Origin: Vicinamibacterales bacterium
Lineage (GTDB): Bacteria > Acidobacteriota > Vicinamibacteria > Vicinamibacterales > JAMQPK01
Direction of reading: 5' to 3'
Assembly: GCA_963761975.1 (NCBI GenBank)
Contig: CAVXIR010000002.1
Location: 1,477,912-1,541,911 of the forward strand
DNA: 64,000 bases
A program made the position numbers and the translations under genes. The first letter of the stretch is position 1; each line of letters opens with the position of its first letter. Positions 9,078 to 19,449 of this stretch are shown here, in pieces. Below the pieces are notes generated by a model. It was given only the letters and a program-made list of their open reading frames with translations, was not told where the DNA came from and made no database searches.

Positions 9078-10318
9078 AATCGGCGGCCGCGCGTTTCCGG
9101 CCCGAGCCATATGAGCACCGATACGGCCAGCCCCGACACTGCCATGGAAAAGGTCATCGCTCGGGGCAGCGTCCAGCCGGAATCGACGAGATGGCCGATT
9201 GCAAATGACGTAAACGAGCCCACGAGCGCGCCGGCGTGATAGCAGAATCCCGCGCCGGCGCCGCGGACTTCGTTGGGGAACCGCTCGGTGAGGTACGACG
9301 GGAACGCGCCCCACATGCCGTGCGCGCCAAACCCGACCAGCAGTGCGCCTAACAGCAGAAGCGTGGCATCTGCGCTCATCAGATACAGGGGCGATACGGC
9401 GACGCCAAGCGCGGCGGCTATGGTAACGGCTCCGCGCCGTCCGAGCCGTCCCTCGGACACACCGCCCCAGAATCCTGAACCGAGAATACCGCCCACATTC
9501 AGCGCCACGATGTACGGAAGCGTATTCAGCGCGCGGGTTTGCAGAAACGTCGCATACCAGTACGTGACGGAGTAGTAGGACACCATGAAGCAGGCCGCCA
9601 GCAGCGAGCAGTGGATCGTCGTGCCGATGAGGTCGCGATTGAAGATGCGAGCGAGCGACACCTTCATCGTCTGCGCGGCTGTATTGCCAGCGCCACGCTG
9701 CAGTGCCAGCCACACCGGACTTTCGGTGACCCGCGATCGAATCCACAGGACCAGCATGGCGGGAATCGCGCCAATCCAGAACATCCCGCGCCACGCCTGG
9801 TCCGTTTCGGCGCGAAGCACCGGATACAACAATTGAAACACCAGCGCCGACGAGATGTAGCCCCAGGCCCAGGCGCCTTGAAGGATGCCGGCGGCGGGGC
9901 CGCGAAGCCTGTCAGGAAGATGTTCGAGCGCAAGCGGCATCCCGGCGGCCCATTCCCCGCCCATGCCGATGCCGAACAGCGCGCGGCAGGCAAACAGCAT
10001 GGCGTAGGACGTCGAGAAGCCGCTGACCACCGTAAAGAGCGAAAACCAGACGATCGAGAGCATCAGCGGCAGCTTGCGACCCCACCGATCGGCCGCGGTG
10101 CCGGCCGCCGCTCCGCCGACGAGGCGGAACATCAATGTCACCGTGCCCAAGGCGCCGGCCAGCGCGTTGTCTATCGTGAAGCTGCGCTGAATATCGGAAA
10201 GCACAAACGTGAGGATCGTGAAATCGAACCCGTCGAGCATCCATCCGAAGAAGGCGGCGGCGAATGCCCGCTTCTGGTCTGGCGTCAGCGATGGGAACTC
10301 GCGTAGAAACCGAATCAC
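9071..10318 (-). CDS. MFS transporter
   Basis: 415 aa, multi-TM. Contains the GAAAGTAADRWGRK loop motif typical of MFS. Confidence 0.85.
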   Translation of the reverse strand: MIRFLREFPSLTPDQKRAFAAAFFGWMLDGFDFTILTFVLSDIQRSFTIDNALAGALGTVTLMFRLVGGAAAGTAADRWGRKLPLMLSIVWFSLFTVVSGFSTSYAMLFACRALFGIGMGGEWAAGMPLALEHLPDRLRGPAAGILQGAWAWGYISSALVFQLLYPVLRAETDQAWRGMFWIGAIPAMLVLWIRSRVTESPVWLALQRGAGNTAAQTMKVSLARIFNRDLIGTTIHCSLLAACFMVSYYSVTYWYATFLQTRALNTLPYIVALNVGGILGSGFWGGVSEGRLGRRGAVTIAAALGVAVSPLYLMSADATLLLLGALLVGFGAHGMWGAFPSYLTERFPNEVRGAGAGFCYHAGALVGSFTSFAIGHLVDSGWTLPRAMTFSMAVSGLAVSVLIWLGPETRGRRFQ

Positions 10319-10341
10319 TGTCTGTTAGTAATACACCGACA

Positions 10342-10454
10342 TAGCTGGTAGCTGGTAGCTGCTAGCTGATATCCGGTTGATGGCTTGTAGCTAATGGCTT
10401 GTGGCTCACAGGCTAGCGGGGCAATGCTCGCGCTACCAGCTACAAGCTACGAGC
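10342..10454. repeat. Short-tandem-repeat block (TAGCTGG x4, ATGGCTTGTRGCT x2) with a complementary arm
   Basis: tagctggtagctggtagctgctagctg and atggcttgtagctaatggcttgtggct are followed by gctaccagctacaagctacgagc. Lies in the divergent promoter region between 9071-10318(-) and 10503-11327(+). Confidence 0.8.
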
Positions 10455-10502
10455 GACAAGTTATTGTGGCGAGCCTCTTGCTAACGGATGACTTGACCTT
10501 AC

Positions 10503-11327
10503 ATGCAGCATATACATACTCGCTTGCTCGGGGTGGCGTGTGTCACCTGGCTCGTCCTCGTCCTGTTGGCGGCAACGCCGAGCGGCGCGCAAATGGTGGC
10601 CCCCCCGCCCGCTGCGCCGCCGGCCATGCAGACGCAGCCGGCCGAGTTGCCCCTGACTGGCGATGCGCCCGACGAGGCCCATCGGCAGTCGCTCGGGTCT
10701 TGGGAGATCGACCTTCATGCGTTTGTCTCGCTTCCGCTCGCGACGATTCTGGGCGCGACGCTCGCGATGCGGCCTCGCAGGCGGGGCACTCCTCCGCGCT
10801 CGTCCCAGGTCGTCCAGACGCAGATCATCCTGTCGATCATCGGAGCGCTTGTCATGATCGTCGTCGGCACGAGCCTGGCGCGCGCATTCGGCGTCGTCGG
10901 CGCTGCTGGCCTCGTGCGGTACCGCGCGAAGATCGACGATCCGAAAGATGCGGGCGTCATGCTGACGACGCTGGCTGTCGGCCTGGGATGCGGTATCGGC
11001 GTCTACGGTCTTGCGGTGTTCGCCACCGTATTTCTAATGGCCGTGCTATGGGTCATCGAGTCTTTCGAGCCCAGCGCGAAGCAGGAGTTCATCCTCGAAG
11101 TCAAATCGAACAATGCCGCGAAGCTGCAGCCCACGGTCGAGGCTTTGCTGCGGCGGCGCCGCGTGAAATACGAGCTTCGCGAGTCGAAGCCCGAAGAGTT
11201 CTCGTACCTCGTGCAAATGCCGATGGACGTCAAGACCGACGGCATCTCGGCAGAAATCATCGCGCTCGATCCCGATCCGGGGACAGGCGTGGAGTGGAAA
11301 ACGGAAGGCAAGAAGAAGGCGGCCTGA
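10503..11327 (+). CDS. membrane protein, DUF4956-like
   Basis: 274 aa with TM segments. The block GAAGLVRYRAKIDDPKDAGVMLTTLAVGLGCGIG resembles the DUF4956 signature. Confidence 0.55.
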   Translation: MQHIHTRLLGVACVTWLVLVLLAATPSGAQMVAPPPAAPPAMQTQPAELPLTGDAPDEAHRQSLGSWEIDLHAFVSLPLATILGATLAMRPRRRGTPPRSSQVVQTQIILSIIGALVMIVVGTSLARAFGVVGAAGLVRYRAKIDDPKDAGVMLTTLAVGLGCGIGVYGLAVFATVFLMAVLWVIESFEPSAKQEFILEVKSNNAAKLQPTVEALLRRRRVKYELRESKPEEFSYLVQMPMDVKTDGISAEIIALDPDPGTGVEWKTEGKKKAA

Positions 11328-11335
11328 GGGAGCGC

Positions 11336-12247
11336 ATGAAGCTGATCATTCAACCCAAGGACGGCCTGACGCCGCTCATTGGGGCGATCAAGAAAGCCAC
11401 CAAACAGATCGAAATTACGATCTTTCGATTCGATGTCAGAGAGCTTCAGCGTGCGCTCGAGAGCGCGGTCACTCGCGGCGTGAAGGTCCACGCGCTGATT
11501 GCCCACACGTCGGGCGGCGGAGCGAAGAGGTTGCGCAAACTCGAGCTCGATCTGCTGTCCGCGGGGGTCACCGTCTCGCGCACAGACGATGACTTGTTGC
11601 GGTATCACAACAAGATGGCGATGATTGACGGCGAGACGCTGTACGCCCTGGGCTTCAATTTCACCAGGCTCGACATCGAAAAAAGCCGCAGCATGGGGGT
11701 CGCAACCAAGAACAAGACGATCGTTGCCGAAGCCAACAAGCTGTTCGAAGCCGATTCGACCCGTCAGCCCTACACAGCGGGTCACGACACGTTCCTGGTG
11801 AGCCCCGAGAACGCGCGGACCGGGCTCGCAAACTTCATCAGAGGTGCGAAGAAAGAGCTGCTGATCTACGATATGAAGATCAGCGATCGCCAGATGCTCA
11901 AGCTCCTTCAGGACCGTGTGAAAACCGGCGTCGATGTGCGCATCCTCGGTAAGGTCGGTAAAAAGGGGGAGGGGCTGAAAGCCGAGAGGATGCCGGGCAT
12001 GCGGCTCCACCTCCGCGCGATGCTCCGCGACGGCTCCGGGCTGTTCCTGGGAAGCATGAGCCTGCGGGCCGTCGAGCTCGACAAGCGGCGCGAGGTCGGG
12101 GTCATCGTGAAAGAACGCGCAGCCGCCAAACAGTTCCGCGAGATTTTCGAAGAGGACTGGGCGAAGACCGTAAGCGGCAAGAAAGTTGAGAAAGACAAGA
12201 AAGTTGAGAAAGAAGAGAAGAAAGAAGAGACAGCCGTCGCCGTATAA
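11336..12247 (+). CDS. phospholipase D-like (two-HKD superfamily) protein
   Basis: ATG at 11336. First motif YHNKMAMIDGETLYALGFNF is canonical. Second motif LHLRAMLRDGSGLFLGSMS has HxR and S instead of HxK and N. Lys/Glu-rich C-terminal tail. Confidence 0.8.
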   Translation: MKLIIQPKDGLTPLIGAIKKATKQIEITIFRFDVRELQRALESAVTRGVKVHALIAHTSGGGAKRLRKLELDLLSAGVTVSRTDDDLLRYHNKMAMIDGETLYALGFNFTRLDIEKSRSMGVATKNKTIVAEANKLFEADSTRQPYTAGHDTFLVSPENARTGLANFIRGAKKELLIYDMKISDRQMLKLLQDRVKTGVDVRILGKVGKKGEGLKAERMPGMRLHLRAMLRDGSGLFLGSMSLRAVELDKRREVGVIVKERAAAKQFREIFEEDWAKTVSGKKVEKDKKVEKEEKKEETAVAV

Positions 12248-12259
12248 AGATCAAACGCA

Positions 12260-12286
12260 AACGGGGTCGACCCTCCCGACCCCGTT
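12260..12286. terminator. Bidirectional stem-loop between convergent genes
   Basis: aacggggtcg (12260-12269) pairs with cgaccccgtt (12277-12286) around a 7-nt loop. Lies between the PLD-like gene and the OMP gene. No clear U-tract. Confidence 0.5.
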
Positions 12287-12292
12287 CTCGGC

Positions 12293-13510
12293 TCAGTCAA
12301 ACGCTCCGAAGCTCCAGAACACCTGCATGCCATCGCCGCCGAAGCCCACATCCATCCGCCCAACCGTTCTGCCCTTCCGCATGTAGCTGAGGCTGAAGCC
12401 AGTCGACGTTTTGAGATCCTTGAACAGCTCCGACGTGCGTGGCGCGACCTGGCCCGCATCGACAAAAACGGTCGAGTGAATGTAACGATGAAGTGGGATG
12501 CGGTACTCCGCCTGCATCAGCACCAAGTCCCGATCGCGGAAGCGATAGTTACGGTAGCCGCGCAGCGTCGCGCGCGTGCCGTCCGAGCCGAGCATCTCGG
12601 GATCGGATCGGAACGCCTTCAACCCGCCGCTGCCGCCGAGTGTGTAGAGCATGTAAAACGGTACATCTGCGCCAGTGTTGGTCGACGCGAGGAAACCGTG
12701 CAGCGTGAGGCGCTGTCCCGGAAAAAAGCCGGGGATGCGCTGCTGTACTTCTGCTTCCCAACGATGAAAGTTGTAATGGCCACTGTCATGATCGCGCACC
12801 GATTCCAGGGCCACCTGATAGGCACCGCGATAGACTTCGATGGCGTCGGCCGATTCGGGATCTGCGACGACGGGATACACGAATTCCGCGTAACCGCGAT
12901 ATCTGCCAAATGCCGGTTCCGCTGAAAAGCCGCCGGGAACTGCGGATTCTGGGAACCTGTCGTGGATGGACGGTATGTTGGGGTTTTTGCCGCGTCCGAT
13001 GTCCGGCAGATAGAGCGCGACGCTGCCGCCCAACTTCACGACCGGCGTCACCTGATGCCAGCCGCGTGTGCCGAATGTCGTTTCGCGCAGACGAAATGAC
13101 GCGCGATCGTCGTACAACGCGCCAGGCCCGGTGCCGAAGAAGTTGATCCGGTTCATGTGTCGCGCCGCGCCGAACACGCCAAGCTGTGAACGTTTCGAAG
13201 ACGAACGCCGTCCGATTTCACCTGCGAGCGTCCAGTATTGGCGAACGGTCACCATCGCTTCGCCCTCGCGATACCAGCGCGCGTCTTCTGGAGAGTCGTA
13301 GCCGACACCGAACCCAAGTCCACCGCCTGAAGCAACGCCGCCAATGATGGGATGAATCGGTTTGCTGAACGAATCGATAACGGCCTTGCCCCACGATGGA
13401 ACGGGGAGATTCTCGAAGTCCTCTGCACTGTTGCCCGACGTCTGTGCGTTCTGCGCCGTAGCTGGCAACGGAAGAAGAGCGACGAGTAGAAAAACAGTGA
13501 TGGCTCTCAT
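12293..13510 (-). CDS. outer-membrane beta-barrel protein (Omp85/surface-antigen-like)
   Basis: Signal peptide MRAITVFLLVALLPLPATAQ from ATG at 13510. Alternating beta-strand pattern, aromatic-rich C-terminus ...VFWSFGAFD. Confidence 0.6.
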   Translation of the reverse strand: MRAITVFLLVALLPLPATAQNAQTSGNSAEDFENLPVPSWGKAVIDSFSKPIHPIIGGVASGGGLGFGVGYDSPEDARWYREGEAMVTVRQYWTLAGEIGRRSSSKRSQLGVFGAARHMNRINFFGTGPGALYDDRASFRLRETTFGTRGWHQVTPVVKLGGSVALYLPDIGRGKNPNIPSIHDRFPESAVPGGFSAEPAFGRYRGYAEFVYPVVADPESADAIEVYRGAYQVALESVRDHDSGHYNFHRWEAEVQQRIPGFFPGQRLTLHGFLASTNTGADVPFYMLYTLGGSGGLKAFRSDPEMLGSDGTRATLRGYRNYRFRDRDLVLMQAEYRIPLHRYIHSTVFVDAGQVAPRTSELFKDLKTSTGFSLSYMRKGRTVGRMDVGFGGDGMQVFWSFGAFD

Positions 13511-13726
13511 CGGAGAACACAATGCATGGCGCATGCCCATTGGTTCGCTTTTGGGGGGCGGCGAGAATGTTTCAATCGCAGACAGTTCTGGCAGTGTAAG
13601 CGCTGTATGTCATTACCCAGAAAGGGTATGCCGAATGGTACACGCCTTGCGACTCCTGTTACTGCCGATGTTTTTACGTCGGCTGTTGTAGTGCTGACCT
13701 TCGTATGTCGGCAAAAGGAGAACACT

Positions 13727-13987
13727 GTGAAGGCTAAGAAAAACCGGAAGGAACAACCTGGCGACGTCCTCGGTATCAGTAATCCAGGAGGTCCCAAGCT
13801 GCCGCATCCACCATCAGATGGCAGCACTCCGCGTGGGATTGACGTGCGCGGCGAGCCGAAGCGTCACTGGGGTGATGAAGATATCCCTCAGAGCGACGGT
13901 GCTACCGGTGTCGACATGGGTGGAGCCGGTGCGGGCCCGCAGATTTCCTCAGCGCAGCCGCGCCCCAAGGTAGAAGACGAAAGCTAA
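13727..13987 (+). CDS. small hypothetical protein
   Basis: GTG at 13727 is 6 nt after AAAGGAG. 86 aa, Gly/Pro/Asp-rich and low complexity. Weak call. Confidence 0.3.
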   Translation: MKAKKNRKEQPGDVLGISNPGGPKLPHPPSDGSTPRGIDVRGEPKRHWGDEDIPQSDGATGVDMGGAGAGPQISSAQPRPKVEDES

Positions 13988-15768
13988 GCGGCTTCTCCGA
14001 GCAACGCGAGGAATTCCTCGCGCTCCAGACTTCCGTGTACCAACAAAGCCTCCGCCATGCCGTCGAGCACGGCACGGCGGCGGCTCAACGTGTCGACCGC
14101 GTGATCGAACGACCGAGTGAGAAGCCCCTGCACTTCGGCTTCGATGCGTCCAGTCGCTTCTTCGCTCCACTCGCCAGAACCGGAATCGCCTGCGCGGCGC
14201 CCTCGATTGTCGTTCGTCGGGAAGGCAACCGGACCCATGGTGGATGACATGCCGAACTCGCAGATCATCCGGCGGGCCAGATTGGTGGCACGTTCGAGAT
14301 CGTTGGCGGCGCCCGTCGAGAACTTGCCGAACGCGACGTGCTCGGCGGCCCGGCCGCCCAGGAGCACGGCGAGGCGATCCATCAATTCATCTTCCTGAAG
14401 GAGGTTGCGATCTTCCGGCGTCTGCTGCATGTAGCCGAGTGCGGCGAGGCCGCGTGGGACGATCGAGACTTTGTGCACCGGCTCTGCGCTCGCCGCGAGC
14501 TCGGCCACGATGGCGTGACCCGCTTCGTGAAACGCGACGATGCGCCGTTCCTTGGTGTTGATGAGGCGGTTCTTGCGCTCGAGGCCGACGACCACGCGAT
14601 CGATCGCGGCGTGCAGCTCGTTCATCCCCACTTCGCTTTTCTCGTTCCGCGCCGCGAGGAGCGCGGCTTCGTTGAGCACGTTTTCGAGGTCGGCCCCGAC
14701 CATTCCCGGCGTGCGGCGCGCCACGTACTCGAGGTCGACATCAACGGCCAGCTTCACCTTGCGTGCGTGCACCTGAAGAATGGCGTGCCGGCCGATACCG
14801 TCGGGGCGGTCGACGAGCACCTGCCGATCGAAGCGCCCGGGGCGCAACAGCGCGGTATCGAGTATCTCGGCGCGGTTGGTGGCCGCGAGCACGATGATGC
14901 CGTCGTGCGAGTCGAAGCCGTCCATCTCGACGAGCAGCTGATTCAGCGTCTGTTCCCGCTCGTCCGTGCCGCCTCCGCCGTGCGATCCGGAGCGGCTCTT
15001 GCCGATGGCATCGAGCTCGTCGATGAACACAATCGCCGGCGCTTTCGTCTTCGCCTGCTCAAAGAGCTTGCGTACGCGCGAGGCCCCGACGCCGACGAAG
15101 ACTTCGATGAATTCCGACGCGCTTGCCGAGAAGAAGGGCACGCCGGCCTCGCCGGCGACCGCGCGCGCGAGCAGCGTCTTGCCGGTGCCCGGAGGGCCGA
15201 CGAGCAGAGCTCCCTTCGGCACGCGCGCGCCAAGCGATGCGAACTTCGCAGGGCTGCGCAGAAACTTGACGATCTCTTCGAGCTCCTCTTTCGCTTCGTC
15301 GACGCCGGCCACCGAATCGAAGCCGGTTCGCGGGCGGACGTTCTTATCGCGCGAGCGCAAGCGGCCGCGCGTCAGCGACGTCACCGATTTCACCGGGTTC
15401 ATACGCTTGTACGACATGCCGAGGATGAGCACGAAGGTCAGCCCTGCGACGATGCCAAGGATGAGCGAAATATGCGATTCATCAGACTTGATTCCCTGAT
15501 ACACGATGTTTTTCGATTCGAGGAGCGGCACGATCGCGTCGTTGGGTATCGGCGTGGCGACCCACTGAGCAGGCGCGCCTGCCTGCCGCGCAGTTTGCGT
15601 GGGCGTCGCTCGTACTTCAGTCTGTGATATGCGGACTTCGCGGACATCGCCGTTCGCGATGTGCTGCTTCAGCGTGCTGTAGGGAATGTCGACCGTCTCG
15701 TTGGTGCGGCAACCACTGGCGGCGAGCGCCACGAGCAGGAAAAGAGAGAAATAGCGAGTCCACGACAT
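13984..15768 (-). CDS. ftsH: ATP-dependent zinc metalloprotease FtsH
   Basis: ATG at 15768 (the longer ORF would overlap the peroxidase gene). Walker A GPPGTGKT, Walker [13 protein letters not shown] region [18 protein letters not shown], zinc site HEAGHAIV. Confidence 0.95.
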   Translation of the reverse strand: MSWTRYFSLFLLVALAASGCRTNETVDIPYSTLKQHIANGDVREVRISQTEVRATPTQTARQAGAPAQWVATPIPNDAIVPLLESKNIVYQGIKSDESHISLILGIVAGLTFVLILGMSYKRMNPVKSVTSLTRGRLRSRDKNVRPRTGFDSVAGVDEAKEELEEIVKFLRSPAKFASLGARVPKGALLVGPPGTGKTLLARAVAGEAGVPFFSASASEFIEVFVGVGASRVRKLFEQAKTKAPAIVFIDELDAIGKSRSGSHGGGGTDEREQTLNQLLVEMDGFDSHDGIIVLAATNRAEILDTALLRPGRFDRQVLVDRPDGIGRHAILQVHARKVKLAVDVDLEYVARRTPGMVGADLENVLNEAALLAARNEKSEVGMNELHAAIDRVVVGLERKNRLINTKERRIVAFHEAGHAIVAELAASAEPVHKVSIVPRGLAALGYMQQTPEDRNLLQEDELMDRLAVLLGGRAAEHVAFGKFSTGAANDLERATNLARRMICEFGMSSTMGPVAFPTNDNRGRRAGDSGSGEWSEEATGRIEAEVQGLLTRSFDHAVDTLSRRRAVLDGMAEALLVHGSLEREEFLALLGEAA

Positions 15769-15878
15769 GAGTGAAATGTGTTCCGTTGGTGCGGACGGGC
15801 GGGCAGGAGCGCCGACCTCAATGAGTAGTGTAGCAAGGGTCCTACAATCGTCAGACCGGAATTCGTCTTGAACGCCGT

Positions 15879-16430
15879 TCACCGAGTCAGCGCCTTCGCG
15901 ATAGCGCCGCGCAGCTCCGGAGATTCCGGCGTGACGGCGCTGGGAAAGAACGCGACGACCTTGCCATCCTTGCCGATGACGTATTTGGCGAAGTTCCACG
16001 ACGGCAATTGTCCGCTGGCGCCGAGAAACGCATAGACCGGCGACTGGCTGGGGCCCGGGCGGGTTGAGAGCTTCGCGAACATCGGAAAACTGACACCGTA
16101 GTTCTTTCGGCAGAACTCGGCGATCTCTTGAGCCGTGCCCGGCTCCTGGCCGCCGAAATCGTTGCTCGGAAATCCGAGCACCGAAAAGCCCTTCGACGAC
16201 ATCTCGCGATGCAGCTTCTCCAGCCCTTCATATTGCGGCGTATATCCGCACTCGCTCGCCGTATTGACGACGAGCAGTACTTTTCCGCGATAGGCCGCGA
16301 GATCGGCGGGCTGGCCGGCGAGAGTCTGCGTTTTCAGATCGTGAAACGACGCGGGTTGTTGCGACATGAGCGAAACCGAGGTGAGGACCATCAGCATCGA
16401 CGGCGCGAGCGCCAATCTCAATGTCATCAT
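15879..16430 (-). CDS. glutathione peroxidase family protein (with signal peptide)
   Basis: [20 protein letters not shown] and [14 protein letters not shown] motifs. Confidence 0.9.
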   Translation of the reverse strand: MMTLRLALAPSMLMVLTSVSLMSQQPASFHDLKTQTLAGQPADLAAYRGKVLLVVNTASECGYTPQYEGLEKLHREMSSKGFSVLGFPSNDFGGQEPGTAQEIAEFCRKNYGVSFPMFAKLSTRPGPSQSPVYAFLGASGQLPSWNFAKYVIGKDGKVVAFFPSAVTPESPELRGAIAKALTR

Positions 16431-16522
16431 GGTGTGAGGGTAGCACGGGTGGGGGGCGGAAAATTTCCTTCGCGTCTTCGCGTTGAGTCAGTCCGGCCTG
16501 GGGAAGCTGTGTCGAGCGGCGC

Positions 16523-17749
16523 CTACGCGACGCCTGACGAATGCTGCCGCTGCATCGGGGCCTTCTCGCTGAAATCGTTCATGAAGTTCTCGATCGCCGC
16601 TTCGTCGACGTCGGCGAACTTCACGCCCGTTCGGTAGACCGAGAGGCTCGTGCCCGGCTGCTCGTAGACGACCCACACGACTCGGCCTTTACAGATGAGT
16701 TGTCCCGTTGCGGTCGGCACGACGAGTCGCACCAGCTGGTTCGGCTTGACCGCCTGTCTGAGAATCGCCTGTGCGCCGCCGCTTGAGAGATCGACGAGCT
16801 CACCAGGGATGCCGTCGACGTTCACGTCGATGCCGCGGCGAATCTTGACGCGTTTGGCGTCCCGCGCCTTTTCAGAGAACTGCAACGGCTTCTTCTGACC
16901 GCTCGCCAACTCGACCGGCGCGGGGCTCGGCGGTGGAGCGGTCTTGGCGGGCACGACTTTCACAGGCGCTGGCCTGGCGAACTCTTTGTGAGGCGAGATC
17001 ACCTGGGTCGCAGGAGTCGACGGCGCGCGGGCCGGTTCACGCTCGCGAAGCATCTGTGACAGTGCGCCAGACAGCTTCTGACTGACCGCTTCGAGCTGAT
17101 GACATTGCGCTTCAGCGGCGGCTTTGGCGGCGGTGACGGTCTTGACGCGCTCCAGCAGCTCGGCGCGTTCGACGGACAAGTCCTGCACCTGCTGCTGCGA
17201 AGCTGTCAGGCTGGCGCTCTTCGTCTCGGCGTCGCGTTGGGCGTTCTTCAGCTTCACCTGGAGATCGGCGAGCTGCGCCTGAGCCGTCTCGAGCGCCGTC
17301 GTCAGCTTCCTCTGCTCGTTGAGGGTTTCAGCGTGTTGCGCCTCCGAGGCTCGTTGCGCGGCTTCCGCTCGGGCCGCTCTGTTCTGAGCCGATTCGACGT
17401 CCTTCTTCGCGGCTTCGAGCGCGGACCGGAGCGCGGTGCCGGCGGTGATCTCCGAGCTGAGACGCGCGCGCAGTTCGGTTTCGATGGCAGCGAGCGCCTG
17501 CGCCGCCGCGGATTCGGCCTGTTTCCGCGCGTGGTTGGCGCGCTCGGCCGCCGCATGGGACAGATGCTTGACCGCGGTATCGACGGTGGCCGCGTGGCCG
17601 GCCTCGTCCAGAGCCGCTTCGATGGATGAGAGTTGGCGATCAAGTGCGGCCCGAAGTGTCCTGAGCTGCAGGTGCCAATTCTCAGAGACCTGGTGCGTCA
17701 GGGTCTCGAGCGAGGCGCGAATTTGAACGTCTTCGTTTTGGTTGTCCAT
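16523..17749 (-). CDS. coiled-coil protein with C-terminal PilZ domain
   Basis: ATG at 17749. Long Ala/Glu/Gln heptad-like region. C-terminal RVKIRRG...DLSSGGAQ matches the PilZ RxxxR / DxSxxG motifs. Confidence 0.75.
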   Translation of the reverse strand: MDNQNEDVQIRASLETLTHQVSENWHLQLRTLRAALDRQLSSIEAALDEAGHAATVDTAVKHLSHAAAERANHARKQAESAAAQALAAIETELRARLSSEITAGTALRSALEAAKKDVESAQNRAARAEAAQRASEAQHAETLNEQRKLTTALETAQAQLADLQVKLKNAQRDAETKSASLTASQQQVQDLSVERAELLERVKTVTAAKAAAEAQCHQLEAVSQKLSGALSQMLREREPARAPSTPATQVISPHKEFARPAPVKVVPAKTAPPPSPAPVELASGQKKPLQFSEKARDAKRVKIRRGIDVNVDGIPGELVDLSSGGAQAILRQAVKPNQLVRLVVPTATGQLICKGRVVWVVYEQPGTSLSVYRTGVKFADVDEAAIENFMNDFSEKAPMQRQHSSGVA

Positions 17750-17975
17750 CACAGCCCCGTGGTCAAAGGACCTTATTTCAATCCCGCGCGGAAGCAATTG
17801 TGGTACCCGCGCTCGACCTTCGGATTTTGTCGCGGAGCCGCGTTTTCGCCGCACGATTTTGCAAGCGTAAGACGATTCCTGTATGCGGACGGGAGTGGGC
17901 GCACCGGCGCGTTTTTGGCCGTGTTTGTGCCGGTATTCCCTTGGGAGTGCCGACCTTCGGGTCGGACATCAGCAG

Positions 17976-18473
17976 TTACCGCGCCTTCAGAAAGACGTTC
18001 TTGCCGACCGAGGTATTCGGCGCGTTCGCGGATCGGACGACGCCGGTGCCGCCGGTTTGATAGCCGTGCTGCACCACGAGACTGACCTCAACCGCCATTT
18101 CAGTTGCGGCGGGATTGAGGCTCCGCGCTTCCTCGATCGTGACAGCTTGATTATTGATGTGGGTCACCAGGTACGTGAGCAGCCTCGATCCGTCCCAACG
18201 GAACGTCCCCATCGGTTCTCCGGCCGCAGCTGTTTTCGATCCGACTGGAACGTATCTCACCACCTCGGTGGCTCCATTGCGGGTCGTCTCGACTCGCAAC
18301 TCATCCGGCGCCTGACGGATGGCGAGCGTCACCGGACCAATGGGAGTGCCCTGAGCGGCAGCCTCGCTCCGCGACAAATCCATCGTCCAGGTGCCGGAGA
18401 AGTCGGGGATCGCCTGAGCAAAGCCGAGGGAGCCCAGCGCGGCGACGAACACGCTCAATATCAGGGTTTTCAT
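17976..18473 (-). CDS. secreted hypothetical protein
   Basis: ATG at 18473. Signal peptide MKTLILSVFVAALGSLGFAQA. Beta-rich. Confidence 0.55.
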   Translation of the reverse strand: MKTLILSVFVAALGSLGFAQAIPDFSGTWTMDLSRSEAAAQGTPIGPVTLAIRQAPDELRVETTRNGATEVVRYVPVGSKTAAAGEPMGTFRWDGSRLLTYLVTHINNQAVTIEEARSLNPAATEMAVEVSLVVQHGYQTGGTGVVRSANAPNTSVGKNVFLKAR

Positions 18474-18637
18474 GCCGGCCGATCGTGCAACGGCGATACC
18501 ACTGAACAGTCGACCGATTGCTCCAGAACGAAGAGAGTCGCCAATGATCGTGCATCGATCTGCGTCACAAGGTTCTGGCAATGGACGCCCCCCTTATCTG
18601 TTATCCTCATCGGCATCCATTTTCAGGAGGAGCACAC

Positions 18638-19279
18638 ATGAGGAAGTTGTTGGCTCTTTTGGCTCTCATAACAGTCGGTACCGCGATCGCGGCGCAGCAG
18701 GGTCCGGCCAACACGCTCACCGCAAAGGAAAAGTCCGAGGGCTGGAAACTGCTCTTTGACGGCGCCACGCTGAATAACTTCGTGCCTCAAGGCAAAGCGC
18801 AGTGGAAGGTGGTCGACGGCGCCCTGCGGCCCGAAGTGGCCGGCGGCTGGCTTGCGACGAACGAGGACTTCACGAATTTCCAACTCCACGTGGAGTTCCG
18901 CACCAGCGCGCCGAACATCAACAGCGGGGTCTTCTTAAGGCGCGGACGCCAGGACGGCGACTCGCACCAGATTGGCTATGAACTGCAGATCAGGAATCCG
19001 TCTCCAGGCGATAAGCCCTACGACGGGAAGAGCGACAATCACAACGCCTACTACACCGGCAGCTTCTCCGGACATCTGAAGAGCAAGAACGAGCCGACGG
19101 TGATCATGGGGCAGTGGCATTCCTTCGACGTGACGGCCCAGGGCGACCACTTCATCGTGATGTTCGACGGTAAGAAAGTACTGGACGATCGTCACCCGGA
19201 ATTCAAGTCAGGTGCGGTCGGGCTGCAGCGCACGGGCCAGGACATCGAGTTCCGCAGCATCAAGATCAAGCCGCTGTAA
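18638..19279 (+). CDS. DUF1080 (3-keto-disaccharide hydrolase-like) secreted protein
   Basis: ATG at 18638 after AGGAGG. Contains GWKLLFDG..L.NF, NFQLHVEFR, SGVFLR and a C-terminal IEFRSIKIKPL. Confidence 0.8.
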   Translation: MRKLLALLALITVGTAIAAQQGPANTLTAKEKSEGWKLLFDGATLNNFVPQGKAQWKVVDGALRPEVAGGWLATNEDFTNFQLHVEFRTSAPNINSGVFLRRGRQDGDSHQIGYELQIRNPSPGDKPYDGKSDNHNAYYTGSFSGHLKSKNEPTVIMGQWHSFDVTAQGDHFIVMFDGKKVLDDRHPEFKSGAVGLQRTGQDIEFRSIKIKPL

Positions 19280-19306
19280 CACCGCATCAAGCCGCTGTAA
19301 CACCGC
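19265..19306 (+). repeat. Perfect 2 x 21-bp tandem duplication spanning the DUF1080 stop codon
   Basis: atcaagccgctgtaacaccgc occurs twice in direct succession. The first copy contains the TAA stop at 19277-19279. Confidence 0.9.
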
Positions 19307-19449
19307 GAGAAGAGCGTGGCGCCAGGAATTTCCGGCGCCACGTCGCTTCCAGTGCAGGGATGGTTCTGGGTTCTGGGCGCTACGTTCTGGGTTCGCTCAC
19401 GAGCCAGGAACTGCGAGCGGGGATCCCAAGCCCACGACCAGCTCCCGGG

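Noticed and set aside
13984-15999. Long form of ftsH (671 aa) starting at 15999, and similar upstream extensions of the PilZ (17854), DUF1080 (18581), hsdM (19761), hsdR (25010) and hydrolase (52869) ORFs.
   Set aside because: The extensions overlap neighbouring genes or are compositionally non-protein-like. Internal ATGs with an SD or signal peptide give proteins that begin like their families.
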